Both the position numbers and the translations under genes were made by a program. A stretch of DNA of 64,000 bases from Phoronis australis (lineage: Eukaryota; Animalia; Phoronida), in NCBI GenBank assembly GCA_002633005.1, contig NMRA01000170.1, positions 436,318 through 500,317 of the forward strand, read 5' to 3'. A model generated the notes under the pieces. It was not told the origin of the DNA. It saw nothing but the letters and a program-made list of their open reading frames with translations, and did not search any database. Shown here in pieces: positions 39,401-51,600 of the stretch (positions are counted from its first letter, which is position 1; each line of letters opens with the position of its first letter).

Positions 39401-40876
39401 CGTTTTATGCTCTGTTCTTCAAAACGCTATTAGGAATTGTTTTGTTATCAATCAATGCATTGATATCGCTTGAGTTAATTAGTATTCGTGTACGCCACAT
39501 GTTGATCACATCACCTCGGTCAGGGCAGAGATCTTTTCAGACTTAAATATAGGTCACGTGATGTGGCCAAAGTATAGCATGTATGAAGACTAATAATTCG
39601 TACTTATGCAGTTAGGAGTCCTTCTAAAGTCTTCCACTTTTGCATGAGATGAAAAATTAGTCACATCTTGTTCCATACTTAGACGAGAAGTGATTTCTAG
39701 GTTTGCATTGAACATTGAACTGACAGTTCGTTATTGTTTGAGACCAGGTACATAAAGTGACCAGGTACATAAAGTGACCAGGTACATAAAGTGACCAGGT
39801 AGTACATAAAGTGACCAGGTAGTACATAAAGTGACCAGGTAGTACATAAAGTGACCAGGTACATAAAGTGACCAGGTAGTACATAAAGTGACCAGGTAGT
39901 ACATAAAGTGACCAGGTAGTACATAAAGAGACCAGTTGTAACAAGCCTGCTTGTAGAGCCTTATTGCAAGCGTGAAATAATCTCAAATTTGACTAAAGAA
40001 CAGCACCCTAGATTATTTTCTTCTAGCGAAACATCGCCATTTCTTTCTCTCTTTCTCCAGGGAACAGCTGCATTTTGGCATAACCTGTACAAGAATGGGC
40101 AGGGGAACTTTGATACCCGCCACGCGGCCTGTCCTGTTTTGACAGGATCAAAGTGGGGTGAGTGCTGGTGGCTATAATTTTCTAAGTTTCATAAAAGAAA
40201 GAGCAATCAGTGTTTTCACCCGTCCACAACTGCGGCGAAAATTTAAAGAACATTGCTGAGTCCCTATTTGGGACCACTGTTTCATGCGACCAGGCGCTGG
40301 AGCCATGGCTGAATGTCTGAAATATGTGGTCATTTTACATGTCTTACTTTACTTGAAGTGAAAATTTATGCCAAGGTGCCATAGACTTGGTATTTTGGAA
40401 TAAACGTCTCTGTTGACCATTGTATTATTTGACTAAGATTTGTACTTCATGTCTGGAGCCTGTTCCACAAAAATATCGTAGCTTAGCAATGTTTTATTCA
40501 GAGTTCAAAGGGAAACTTGTGCAAAAACCAGTGACTACTCACAAGTCTTTGCTTGGGCTCATGACCATTGTTAATAGTGAAAGAGGCCCTCCTGGATATA
40601 AAACATCCTTGGAAAACTCAACTTTTCTCAGAAGTTCTTTGTTCTTAAAAACTCAAAACAAAGCAAGACACCGTTTTATATAAATCTATGTCGAAACACA
40701 ACAGTCGCATGAACAGTGACTCCTTGATGGAGTGCTTTCAGGCAACATTTCTTGCTGAACAAACGCCGTTCAATGATTTAATAGTTGCTTTTTGTACTGT
40801 TTCAGTATCCAACAGGTGGATTCATGAGCGAGGCCAAGAGTTTACATATCCATGTTCGCTGAACCAGAATGAATAG
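6284..40876 (+). CDS. P4HA: Collagen prolyl 4-hydroxylase alpha subunit, copy 1 (whole gene span; spliced CDS 1614 nt with exon 11b, about 537 aa)
   Basis: All exons have AG/GT boundaries and join in frame; motifs NPxNxYLLIKR, RLQDTY, YESLCRG, YRISKSAWL, HxD, GNRIAT, GGATVF, RHAACPVLxGSKW, WIHERGQEF. Confidence 0.96.
7431..7719. repeat. 16-bp perfect inverted repeat, possible degraded MITE
   Basis: TGCGTGAACTTGGAAT (7431-7446) ... ATTCCAAGTTCACGCA (7704-7719). Confidence 0.4.
11269..14633. mobile_element. 3.4-kb non-autonomous foldback element with long TIRs built of ~140-bp subrepeats
   Basis: TAGA...TCTA termini flanked by TAC; arms ~11269-12250 and ~13850-14633 are inverted copies; GAGCTAGATCAA recurs at ~140-bp spacing; the paralog intron (~51040-51060) shows the empty site. 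Confidence 0.85.
15332..15483 (+). CDS. P4HA: P4HA copy 1 coding exon 2 (IAEDFHNHSQ...GNPVNSYLLIKRFTRDW)
   Basis: TTTCAG acceptor, GTAATG donor, in frame. Confidence 0.93.
15789..15816. repeat. (TG)n(TGCG)n microsatellite
   Basis: Direct reading. Confidence 0.8.
16533..16697 (+). CDS. P4HA: P4HA copy 1 coding exon 3 (FPTEDDLKGAAAALLRLQDTY)
   Basis: CTCCAG acceptor, GTATGT donor, conserved motif. Confidence 0.94.
18657..18817 (+). CDS. P4HA: P4HA copy 1 alternative exon 4a (peptide-substrate-binding/TPR domain), 161 nt
   Basis: AVECYEIGRSAY...DYYHTILWMEE...DHLSYSNFQ; TTTAG/GTGAGA. Confidence 0.92.
19531..19691 (+). CDS. P4HA: P4HA copy 1 alternative exon 4b, 161 nt
   Basis: AEECYELGRFAY...DYYHTILWMEE...DHLAYAHSV; TTTTATAG/GTAAGC; same length and phases as 4a. 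Confidence 0.9.
20215..21850 (+). mobile_element. Helentron/pearl(CvA)-like non-autonomous element(s) with internal degenerate tandem repeats
   Basis: Start TTATGCACCCACATATTTATATGTGG, CGTCCGTC-type microsatellite, recurring (AT)GAAATTTGGC and CCCCTAGTGGC units; related copies at ~34028, ~52573, ~62660. Confidence 0.6.
23154..23205 (+). CDS. P4HA: P4HA copy 1 coding exon 5 (QGNVRKALVLTDELLTL)
   Basis: TTTACAG acceptor, GTAAGT donor, 52 nt. Confidence 0.9.
23253..23794. mobile_element. TTAA-flanked MITE (also in the duplicate at ~26911-27400)
   Basis: TTAA|GGTTATGTGGGACCTA ... TAGGGTCCTACATAACG|TTAA. Confidence 0.6.
26812..26863 (+). CDS. P4HA: Second (probably allelic) copy of exon 5 (QGNVRKALVLTDELLAI)
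   Basis: Intact splice sites but lies inside the n-joined duplication. Confidence 0.55.
28978..29171 (+). CDS. P4HA: P4HA copy 1 coding exon 6 (PDHERALGNKRYY...YESLCRGE)
   Basis: TTTCAG/GTGAGT, conserved motifs. Confidence 0.94.
29536..29709 (+). CDS. P4HA: P4HA copy 1 coding exon 7 (KLKCFY...PRIVVFHDVITDAEI)
   Basis: CATCAG/GTAAGC. Confidence 0.94.
31023..31093 (+). CDS. P4HA: P4HA copy 1 coding exon 8 (LNRATIQNPTTGKLEFAPYRISK), 71 nt
   Basis: TTCCAG/GTAAGA; corresponds to the 71-nt RAT...YRISK exon of vertebrate P4HA1. Confidence 0.94.
32089..32188 (+). CDS. P4HA: P4HA copy 1 coding exon 9 (AWLK...AEELQ)
   Basis: TGTCAG/GTATGG. Confidence 0.94.
32739..32792 (+). CDS. P4HA: P4HA copy 1 alternative exon 10a (VVNYGIGGHYEPHYDFAR; catalytic HxD), 54 nt
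   Basis: TTTTAG/GTAAGT, phase 0-0. Confidence 0.93.
33123..33176 (+). CDS. P4HA: P4HA copy 1 alternative exon 10b (VANYGIGGHYEPHFDHAR; catalytic HxD), 54 nt
   Basis: TTTGTAG/GTAAGT, phase 0-0. Confidence 0.93.
34028..35490 (+). mobile_element. Helentron/pearl-like non-autonomous element, same family as 20215
   Basis: TTTTTATGTGCCCACATATTTATATGTGG start, same internal subrepeats, GCTCTTGT 3' end. Confidence 0.6.
35818..35886 (+). CDS. P4HA: P4HA copy 1 alternative exon 11a (RTYENMTPIERRDGNRIATVLFY), 69 nt
   Basis: TTGCAG/GTAAGT, phase 0-0, GNRIAT motif. Confidence 0.9.
36481..36546 (+). CDS. P4HA: P4HA copy 1 alternative exon 11b (KEEVNAFKSLGTGNRIATVLFY), 66 nt
   Basis: CATCAG/GTAAGT; resembles human P4HA1 KDEPDAFKELGTGNRIATWLFY (recalled). 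Confidence 0.93.
38420..38488 (+). CDS. P4HA: P4HA copy 1 coding exon 12 (MSDVEAGGATVFTNIGVKVFPKK)
   Basis: TTACAG/GTAAGA. Confidence 0.95.
39742..39935. repeat. Minisatellite, 10 units of GACCAGGT(AGT)ACATAAAGT (four 17-mers, six 20-mers)
   Basis: Direct reading. Confidence 0.95.
40061..40157 (+). CDS. P4HA: P4HA copy 1 coding exon 13 (GTAAFWHNL...RHAACPVLTGSKW; distal iron His and 2-oxoglutarate Lys)
   Basis: Long pyrimidine tract + CAG; GTGAGT donor. Confidence 0.95.
40806..40876 (+). CDS. P4HA: P4HA copy 1 last coding exon (SNRWIHERGQEFTYPCSLNQNE*)
   Basis: TTTCAG acceptor, TAG stop at 40874-40876; AATAAA at 40961. Confidence 0.94.
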
Positions 40877-41299
40877 TGCAAAACTTTTAAACATACGACT
40901 CGGAAGAAGGGCGACTCACTGTTTCAATAGACGAGCTATGAATGTATATTTCTCAGAAGTAATAAATATTTCTCGTCGGTGGCAGTAGCCAGTTTGTTTT
41001 CAAATTTGAGGGATATTCTTCAATTCCTTGAAAGTATGGTGCTAAAAGTGGTGATGGTCTTTTGACCTTTGTTCTATATTTTTATAATAATGTAAAGTCT
41101 TTAATGTTGCAGCAGGTGGCGTTGTCTCCAAGCAAATGAGGCACATTTTAGATCTGTAGGTTAGAAAAAGGTAGAGATTGTGTGTTAGTCCCATGATTCT
41201 TCTTAACATATTTAGTAATTAGTTATTGTTGTTTCTTACACTTTGAACTAGTCAGTTTTGAAAATGACTCAAATAAATGCAAATTTCTTTTCCACTTAA

Positions 41300-41853
41300 A
41301 GTGCTTAAAACCACCATTTACATTGTTTCGACAAGTAACTAGATTATCAGCATCATAAACACTGTATATCACAACCGTGAATTCAATATCCTAAAATGAG
41401 AAAGAAGAAAAATGACTTTAATTGAAAGTTTCTGTGCTCCGTGTACGTGATTGTGACTGATCATTCTGTCACATCCACCAACATGCGAGTTTCTGGGCCA
41501 AACTTATCCGTGCCTCAACCATGGCCCGCAAAAAGGTGAAGAGCTATAGCCAGCTGATCAAATACTGAGTTGTTTAAACCTCCATGAACACAACTCGCCA
41601 TGCCTTATTCTATAAGCAACGGGAAAACGAGCAGCAATGTCTGAGGACTTTTCACACTGAACACAATGGAGTATGACTAATGCTGTGATTGGTTATTCGA
41701 CTCTACGTAGTAGTATGTACCAACGAATGCTCGTATCTCGAGATCAGCTCATTAACATATTACCAGGTAATGTTTGCGGGTGTTCTAATTTGACGGCTAA
41801 TTGACTTGTATGGTTCTTGTGTTTTTGATATGGAATTGGTGGTTTTAAGCACT
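41300..41853. mobile_element. TTAA-flanked MITE downstream of copy 1
   Basis: TTAA|AGTGCTTAAAACCACCA ... TGGTGGTTTTAAGCACT|TTAA perfect TIR. Confidence 0.75.
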
Positions 41854-44069
41854 TTAAAAAGTAAAAGTATGACGAATCGAAGCAGCAGTGATGTCTTGCG
41901 TTGCCTGAAATGAACTTCTGGTTGACTAGTGTCGTGTGAGTTGAGGCAAGATTACACTGGCGTTATGCGCCATGTTAGTGTTTTGCTGGTGAGTTGCTGA
42001 TGTTAAGATCCAAATATGGATAATGTAGCCAGTTGGAGTGTTGAATTTTTGTAGTGGTGACTGGTGATGTTATTTCGGTGTCGTAATCCAATATATTGTG
42101 CTCTGCGTATCTCAAATGACTTTGGTATGTAAAGCATATTCGGGTTTCATGCTGCTTCCTATTTCCTGTGGAACAGCGCCACATGAGAAACACCCAGTCT
42201 AAGATAAGGGCAAAGCAAGGTCTAACCGCATGCACCTATAAGCGAAGCTTTGGGCATGTATCTAAATATGGGCATACATTTTAGGGTATTTAGGTTATAA
42301 CTCTTGTTGAACTTTTACCTTTCTGCATTAGTTGCTATTGTCAGAAATACATAATGACACTTTGGTTTCATCCTGTAATTGTAATGTCATGTCACTAACT
42401 GTTGCGGGGTATGTTCTTTCTGGCATTAAAAGTTGAATCGTGCATTGTGTTGTTAAATATTTGGTCATGTTTTGAGCATTCTACACGTCATCACATTCTG
42501 GCGCAAATCCAATTGAGAAACAAAAAACATTGAAATTTTGAATATCTAGGAATAATCTGGTCTCTAGAGCATTTATGAATGAAATACTGACCAATAGTTA
42601 ATATAGTATTAACAACTTCAAAATTTCATCCAAAATATGCTGTCAAAATGACATTTTTATCTAAATCGTGTCGTGCAGTTACATAAATTAAAAGTTTCTG
42701 AATTTCACACCACCAAGTTTTCACAGAACCACATTCCACAAACATGGTTAAAAGTTTCAGCAGTTCCACAACAGGTCAATAGCTGATTTTTGTCAAGTAG
42801 AAGCTAATCTTGCAAGAACTGATGATGTTTCAGTGAATTTAATTGCAGTCTGAATTTGGAAAAACTCTATAATCCGATCCCTAAATAGTAAAGTACTCTT
42901 ATACACGATTCTGCATATCTAAAATAACTCTCAAAGACATTGATGAAATTCGGACTCACAAACCTTAGATAGAAAAAACGTTTTAAAAATCCTAAAGTCA
43001 ATAAAATTACACTCATTGCTTGGAAAGGTTGTGTTTGCACTTCCTTGGTGTTTTTAGTTTCCAGTAGTATTGAGCAATGAATTTCTTTTCTTCAAAACTG
43101 AATTGATTGCTTGTCCTGATTCGCGCGTGCACGTCATGACTGACGTACCCACGTTAACAATAAGATGTAACCATGCAGTCGGCCCGCCCAGAATCTCACT
43201 GATCCACGGGAACTGAATTTGAACTCAAGGCGTTCAGGAAGTGTGTACATTTTTGGGACTCACTATCCTTTTCCCCAGCTACCAGAAACTGGACTACTGG
43301 TTGTGTTTCAACTAGGCATTTTGAAACAGCCCCAAAGACACTAATGGAGAGTGCTACACAGGACAAAATGGTGGAAAAGACTGGGAGCCCTACGGCATCA
43401 GTCAGGAAATGCGGGCGCTCGCAGTGTTATGCCTGCAGCCAAAGAGTAATTATTTTTTTGGTTCTGCCATTGAGTCATGAGTTTTTGGTGTGCTACAACT
43501 AGGTTTTTATGTTCTACCAACATATTTTTAGCGGAGCGACTTTAAATGGTGTTTCCACGTGACACCAGTCTTGGTGATTGAGACCATATAAGATCAATTA
43601 AAAAGATAATTATTGACCACCATATGCTGTTATCCAATGATGATGCTGTTTGCTAATTATATTTAAGTAAATATTTAGTATTAATGACAACCATATGTAT
43701 TTTTACGAGTGATCGGCACGTCTCCTGGATATAATGTCGATAATGTATTTGCATCGAGTGACACGAATTAAATGATAAATTTGCGCGATCTTAGTGGTTT
43801 CTCTTGAAAAAAAAAGAAAAAAATAAAACGCTCGCAGCGCATTGACAGTCATGCAGCCGCTCAGGCCACTCGAGAATCTGCCTCTGGTTGCGATCTTCTA
43901 ATAGTTTGTTATTTTCCCTCTCGACTGATTAACTCTAAAAAACGTATGCAAGTGTTACATCACATGTTCTTGTATGTTTCTGGAAAAATTACACTCTTCG
44001 GCCTCTTTATTTGTTAGATATCGCGCTTTGAAAAGGACAATTTACCCCGCTGGTTTACATGGCAATTAG

Positions 44070-44200
44070 CCGTGTCACGTGACTAGTAGCACTCTCCAAT
44101 ATGGCGTCAAGTTGTCAGCAACACTAGAGTAGCGCGTGCGCCCGGTCTATAGTGTTAATGTGTCTATATGTTCACGACAGTCATCGCGGTCATTGTGAGA
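44070..44200 (+). promoter_or_regulatory. Putative promoter of P4HA copy 2
   Basis: GTCACGTGAC E-box palindrome 44074-44083, YY1-like CCAATATGGCG 44096-44106, NRF1-like GCGCGTGCGC 44132-44141, all within 180 bp of the ATG. Confidence 0.5.
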
Positions 44201-44250
44201 GACACCTGGATGAGACTCCACAGCCGCGGTTTAGCTGTCCACTGCTAAAA

Positions 44251-44438
44251 ATGAAGAATCTCCATAGACGTTTGTTTTTGTGCTGTGTGTGTTCCGTTTT
44301 GTTAGTAAACAATGCAAAGACAGAACTATTTACAGCGATGATGGAACTAGAGAAAGTTTTACGAGCTGAAGCTTTGATAGCTGATGATATTCGGAATTAT
44401 ATTGCTCTTGAACAAGACAGACTAAATAAATTAAAAAG
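44251..44438 (+). CDS. P4HA: P4HA copy 2 (tandem paralog) coding exon 1
   Basis: 188 nt, near-identical to 6284-6471, intact ATG and donor. Confidence 0.88.
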
Positions 44439-45859
44439 GTAAGTTTTTTCATAACAAACATGAAACTGCATATTTGTTCCAGTTACCTTTTGTTATTACG
44501 TGGTATGTTGGTATGTGGTTATTACCAAGTAAGTTGCCGCTTTATGTTTGTTTTTACTTGGCGAAAAAATTTTGCCGGTCAGTATGTTGTTGTGATACTA
44601 AGCTTTTTTTCATGTGGAGAATTTCTGGCTTACACTGGTCACCACTCTGATTCCCTCATACCCCAGGCAATATGATTCTTATTCAGCACGCGGTTTTTGA
44701 TGTAGAACGGACGTGGAAAGTTAATACACCCAAATTGTTTTTCTCTGGCATTTGCACTGAGTTAAAGCCTGCAATGTGCAGAGCAGTTTTAACTTGGTGC
44801 TCTTCAAATATTACAAAAAGACTAAAAATTATTTTGCGTTGATCGTGATGAAGGATCACTTACCAAAGGAATGTTGGTATTATGTTTCATACCTGTTTTC
44901 ATTGCTTTATTTTTAATATTCCCGTCTGCTTTTTTACCGGTTAGGGTTGCTATCTTTTTATTTTGTTTTTAAACAAAGTATCAAAACAACATAGAAATCA
45001 GTTAATTGTGAACCCATCCTTGAATTTTCCAGATTACAGCTACACAAAACATGTCACAGCAAACAAAACTACGATTGCCTTTAGTTCAAATTCAATTTTG
45101 ATTAGAACTCAAATCATAAAATATATACAAAAGTGCAAATATGGTGATAGCCAAACTGAAGATTTGGGACCTCTGGACAATGTTGGTTGCTGTATACTAC
45201 ATAACTATTTTAGCTTTCCTCAGTCATAAAAAATGAAACCACAGCTCTTGCCCACCCACCAACCTCATCCACTGTTGCACTCTCTAGACGTTGACTACAT
45301 CTTGGTTGTCTTCACAGGTGTTCCATTACAACTACAAGCTATCGAAATTGGCGCATTTCCGCGAATAGCAGTTTTCCGGTTAGTGTACTTACTCCTGGAG
45401 TAAAGTAGTTCGGCATGCACTGGGTCATTAAGCGATGTTTTAAAATTTATTGACATCTAATTTATTCACTGTGTGTAATGTTGATAGATGTTTCAGTGTA
45501 GCTTAGTTGTGTGACATTGTTAACTCTGATCAGCGGTTGTAAATCACCGAGTTTATCAGTACGCAGAGTCGTTCATCTTCAACTGTACCCAATGTTTGTA
45601 GTTTTTAGCTTTTAATAATAGTTCATCGATTTTTAAAAATCGAAAAACAGAATTGGTGTTTTTTCCATCTGAATACTGCTGCGGTATTTGTTTTTAACGA
45701 AAACTGTTGATTAATGCCTTTTGAAAATTCGCCAATAGATACAGGCAGAGATGGTTACTACAGTTTATTGTCGGGTAATTACATTTAATTGGATCTTGCT
45801 CGTACCAGACAGTCATCGTAACTGAGTCCGCCTCTGGCGCCGCGATCTCTTTAATCCCG

Positions 45860-48800
45860 GTAAAAGCCGCGCAGAAGGACGAGCGGGCAAAAGTCACGCA
45901 TATCTTTAGAAATGCATGACTTTCGTGTAATCGTATTATTCATGGCATGTGCTTGGCAAAATAAATTTCGCCAAGTATGTTGCTTCGCCATCAAGTTTGT
46001 TTTTTTACTTGGCGAAATATATTGGTTTGCCATCAAGTTTGTTTTTTTGCTCGCACTGTATAGGTTGCATTTTTGTTCCGATATTTCCACGTACCCAAGT
46101 TCCGGAAGTTCTCGAAAACTAATTTGTTTTTCGTCAAGATCATGTCCAAGATGGTGGACATTTTGTTTTCAATTTCAGATTCAAATTCTCATAGAGGCCG
46201 GACTTTTGACGTACCAAACTGAAATTCGGCACTAATATCTAACTATACAGGTACTACAAGTATGCTTGAAATTGTGAACTTCCACTCAAAAATAGTGGGA
46301 ATATCGGCCAAAGCGCATGCGCACTTTGATTTCGAGTAAAAAAACATTTTGTCCTATACAGAATCAGTGCAATATAAGCTCGATTGCTTCGAAACTTCTC
46401 ATGCCTTAGCTATGATCGAGTACTGGTCAACTGGAAGTGGTTCTCAAAATGGAGGATTTGAGGCATTTCGACCCATTTTCAATCGTGCCTAGGGGCACCA
46501 TTTCAAACGGGAAGAGGAAATGACGTAATTTTTTCACATGTAGATTCTCTGGGGTATGCCGTTTCGAATAAAATGTAACATTTTTTTCAGACTTACCGTT
46601 CTTGAGTTGTTTGACTTCTGTAGCCTATTTCTTATGATTTCTTACATCTTCGCTAGTCATATGAATGTCATTGTGTTGTTCATACTCGCCACCTCCATCG
46701 TCATAACCATCATCGTCGTCATCATCTCCATTTAATTTCGCCAAGAGTGTCGCTCCTCCGAGCACTATGGTTTTTGTTTGTTCGCACTCTACAGGTCACA
46801 CAACCTCAAGTTCCGGAAGTCCTGGAAGCCTATTTTTTGTCATGATCGGATCCAAGATGGCGGCCATGGTGGCCATTTTGTTTCCAATGTCAGATTCAAA
46901 TGCTCATACAGAGTGCAATAGTTGAACTACACGACTGAAAATCAACACGTTTGCTGTACCATACGATTTCTACAAGTGTGCCGGAAATCATGTACTTCCA
47001 GTCAAAGATGGTGGAAATATCGGCAATTTTGCCTGCGCACCCGCGCCTCAATTTCGGGCTAAAAATGTTTTGTCCTGTAGGGGGAGCATAGGCCCATTGC
47101 TTCGAAATTTTTCATGTTTTAATTAGTTTTCTGTGACTAGCTAATATTAATCATTACTCAACCAGAGGTTGCTTTCAAAATGGCGGGTGTGGCTCATTTT
47201 GACCCATTTGGTTGTTTTTGCACAATTCTCATTTTGGTTCTTTTTATACAAACTTGATTATTTATTGTCCAAATTTTACCTGTTCTTTGCATTTAATAAC
47301 GAATGGTATTTAATGCACGCAGCCCACTCGGCTACTGAGGTCATTGTGTGGTACTATAGGTCAGAGCTTACAGTCACACAAACTATTTATGATTGACATA
47401 TGTCCCGAATGATAGTTCGTGCGTCACAAGTTCGTTACCAGAGATGAAACGTAGACCGAGGTAGGTAATATAAGGTCATTTATTATGACTAATACAATTA
47501 CAAGTAATAAGTAGTGACTAAACATAAGTAGGGTAAAAAAATACTTAATCTCTGGTAAGATGGGCAAATGAAAAATGCCGGCCACTTGGAGGTACGAGAG
47601 AATGCCGAAAAGGGGAATGGTAGGGTGTGGGAAAATTTAAGAAGTTTTAGACTACGTCGACGAGGCCAGAACAAAGGAGGTGAATTGAAAACGACATTAC
47701 AATAACAATGTGAATTCCTACGGCCGACAAGTGACAATCATCAGCCCATGAGAGCCCAGAGCTGACCAAACTCAACCATTTTTCTCCATTCAAAGTTTTT
47801 GGTGAAAGTATATTTCATACAAAGTCATCTCCTTCACGACATTTCTAGAAAGTCATTTGCAAATAGTATTTTTAAATATCGGTACTTATGGTGCTTATGT
47901 ATTTTTGCATGTTACATAAGTTGCTTATTTGCTGAAAATGGAAATATCCCACTAATTTGGAAGGTTCTTTATACTGAAGGGTCAAGATTGCGAAGGTTCT
48001 CAGTACTTCAAAGATTCACTACTTCGATTAAGGATCACTTTTCCAAAAATATCTAAACTTTCGAGTTCAGGGCCCGGTCTCCAATCTTTTTACTCGAAAT
48101 GGAACTCGAAATTAGGTTTGGCATTTTCTACTCTACTTTTGGGCGAACTCAAGATAAGTGTCTATTATTCTATGCTCGAGTACCCAATAACTTTCGTAGA
48201 TAATTTATTGCCCATAGTTCACAGTTTGTAAACCCAATGTTAAAGCAATAAGGTCGAGTTTGAACTCGAAATTTCGAGTTTTTACTCGAGTTTGTAGCAC
48301 GAATGTAAGGGTCATCAAGGGCAAACTTGAACTAGAAACTCCTATGCATAAACTATAATGTATTCGAGCACAGTCTGATACCCAATTATCTTAAGTTCGC
48401 ACAAAAGGAGCAGAGAAATTGCCAAAAATAGTTTCGAGTTCGTTTCGAGTACAAAGATTAGAGACCGGGCCCAGGTGTTATTCACTTTAACATGCAAAAT
48501 TAAACGATACTTCAGTTCATAAATGCACTGATTAGTGCAGATATACTGAAAACAAAGCCCAGGCACTGAAACACTTTGGATTTCATGAGCATGCGAAATT
48601 GCCTGCATGTCTTACGAATGCGGAGATGAGAATGCACTTGCATTTTTAAAGGAATATTAAGTAGGAATATTGATGAGTTATCAGCCACGATACATTCATC
48701 AAATGCATGTCAAGACTGTGCTATTTCACAATGCGTCACATTGATAGTTTAGGGCTGCTGCGCCTGAACTTCACCCACCAGAACCATGGACACGGCCGGG

Positions 48801-49985
48801 TCAAGGCCGGGTCAAAACTAAATGTAGTTAGTAATTAATCTACCTGTCCATGTTAGTCTTCACGAAGTCATATAGTTCGAAGAAGTAAACTTTCGAAGGT
48901 AACGAACCTTCAGGGCAGTGAAACTTCAAAATAGTGACAAATATTTCCGTCAAGTTTGTTGTTTTAAACGTTATGCACCCACGCTGGGGAATGAGTTTCC
49001 CCGATTAACTGATCGGCCAGTCAGGATACAGTTGTGTCGTTATCATAGTCCAGCTTTCTTAATGTCTGCTTTCATCTGATATTAGCTTGCGTAATCCAGC
49101 ACTTGTAAAATGTGTGCTAACTGATCTTTAAAAATACTATTTGAAACGACTTTTAACAGTTGTCGTGAAGGAGATGTGTTTTGTATGAAATACTCTCACC
49201 AAAAAACTTCGAATAGAGAAAAATGGTTGGCTTTCTGAGAAATGCACAATTTTTGGGAAACTAGTGTTGTTAAGAAGCACTAATTATTGCCCATCTTACC
49301 AGAGATTATCATTTTTTTATATTTACTATCTGTATTCACTATATTTACTTGTAATTCTATATCGCCTACAAGAGTCGGTCTCCTTTTCATCTCTGGTAAC
49401 GAACTTGCGACGCACGTATCATTTATCCATTATTCGGGACATATGTCAATCATAAATGGTATTTCACTAGTTAAATATATTTATGTGAGCATATGGACCC
49501 GTCTTACTCCTTCTCCCCCTCATTTCGGTCTATTCCATTATTCCTTGTGTAGGACTACACGTGGTTTTCCCAGCCTTCGTATTGGTCTGTTGTTATCACG
49601 TGCCTTGAGTTTGGTCTTGGCTCTCATAGGGTGATGATTGTCACGTGCCCTTAGGCGCTTTCTTTGCTATTGCAATTTCGTTTTCAGTTCACCTTTGTTG
49701 CGGTCACATTGTCGTACGTTCCAAAACTTATTAATGTTTTCCCACCCTCTACCACCCCGTTTTCGTTCTTTCGTACTTCCACGTGGCAGGCGCTTTTTAT
49801 TGCCCATCTTTCCAGAGATTTTGATTTTTTATATTTATTATCTGTATTCACTGTATTTACTTGTAATTCTATTCATCATAATAAATGACCTTATTTCGCC
49901 TACCTCGGTCTCGTTTTCATCTCTGGTAACGGGCTTGTGACGCACGTATCATTTATCCATTATTCGGGACATATGTCGATCATGA
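45860..49985. mobile_element. Cluster of nested non-autonomous repeats in copy 2 intron 1
   Basis: Internal repeats 46090-46350 / 46800-47120; ~47390-47750 is inverted at ~49630-49985 and partly at 49264-49457 and 56820-57010; 47940-48870 resembles 12720-13230. Confidence 0.6.
48071..48471. mobile_element. PIF/Harbinger-type MITE with CAG target duplication
   Basis: CAG|GGCCCGGTCTCCAATCTTT ... AAAGATTAGAGACCGGGCC|CAG; related sequence at ~12843 has a single CAG. Confidence 0.8.
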
Positions 49986-51600
49986 ATGGAGCATACAGTC
50001 CATAGACTTCTTTTTGTTTGTGTTGAAGACAGACCCATGCACATAATGTATTCCACCCCTTTTCACTAAAATAGGTGTGCCTTCAGTTACCAAAAAGTCT
50101 CAAGTGTGTTCAAAGACTGAGTCAAGCTGTTACGTAATCATTAGTTACATTAAAGCACAGCTTGGCAGAGCTCGGGGTTGGGTAATAAATCTGCATTCAT
50201 GCCTTTTTTGGTGATCTCTATCAAGTGTAGACAGGGAAGCAATGTCACAGGTATTGTTAGTGGGTGTGTTGACAAATGGTCCAAAATCAGCTGAAGAATT
50301 AGAAAAGACAAACCATCACCAAGCGAAACTTGTTCATTTGATTCTCGTTTCAATAGGTGTCAAGACTGAAGTCATGCCCGGCAATTTACTGAAGAGTGAT
50401 CCTTCTCCATGTTTCATCTGTGGTTATTTTTAACGATTTTATTGACAAATACTGACTGACTTCAATATCAGTACCACCTGTTGGACTTTAAAAAATGTTT
50501 ATCACTTTTCCAAGTCACCGATTAACCACTGGCTGATATATTTTCTCATGCCTTACAAGTTTTCTGCTTGAGTACCAGATCATTGAGTCAGTTAAAATGC
50601 TTGATTTGTGTTGAGGGTCACCTCTAGGACAATTTGGAAAGTGGCAGTCCAGATCAATGGCTCTTGTTGACGCCAATAATATGAATGCTGTTAATGAAAA
50701 AATCTGTTATTTATCGGATCAACTAGAAGATGCCAATTTTGAATGAACTTTATGATAACTAATTAGAACAGTCGATTTTCCAATTTTCAGAAGCTTAATG
50801 TTTTGTAGAAAAAAATCCAGTTGCTGATGATAGCAGTGAAACAGTATCATGCTAACAGCGAAAAAACATCAAGCTTAGTTTTTAAAAAATTACCATACAT
50901 AGGGAGTTTTAGTTTTAATTTGGCTACTACAAGGAATGAGGATGTAATACACATTAGTTCATGGTAAACAAGAAAAAGAGACGTTAATTTTTTTAATCAC
51001 AGTAACCTCATGGTTCCAATTAAGTTACTGTAAAAATAGTGAATTGTTCTTACAGGACTACTTTTTGTTGTCTGTCAATGTTTTTATTTGTTGTTGAGTG
51101 CTGTTATGACATTTCACCTCATTGCCAGTACTAGATGCTGAAAAGACACCACGTCTATTTAATGAAAGAAAAGGGATATTTTGGGATGCTCGTATAATTG
51201 ATAACTTTTTAGTATTGCTATGAGTCATATCAATGATTCTGTGTTCAAATTTAACTATATTTTTGCAACATTGGCGCAGTTTTATTGTGATGTACGTGAA
51301 GTTTTTCCCGTTTGGAACCAAAATAAACTCTCCAAAGCTACCATGTCGAAATCAATCTGCAAAGATATTTTCCAGTCACATTTTGCGTATTAATAATAAA
51401 AGTGCCTTCTTCGAACTAGGTCATGCCTCTTTTGTTTTTTGCAGATGTCCCCTACATTTCTCTTGAAGGTCACACATGAGTGAATTAATTGATTTCTGAC
51501 AGAATAATACAATGAACTTATTTGTGACATTTTATTTGTAAAATTTCATTATTTAAACTGCCCAGTTGATCAGCACACAATCTCTTTCAACTCATTTCAG

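Noticed and set aside
39742-39935. Regular repeat array that could be mistaken for CRISPR, and repetitive ORFs 39657-39986
   Set aside because: No unique spacers; simple intronic minisatellite in a eukaryote
40812-40820. SNRW instead of the usual SNKW as loss of the 2-oxoglutarate lysine
   Set aside because: The co-substrate lysine is the one in GSKW, ten residues after the distal His, and it is intact
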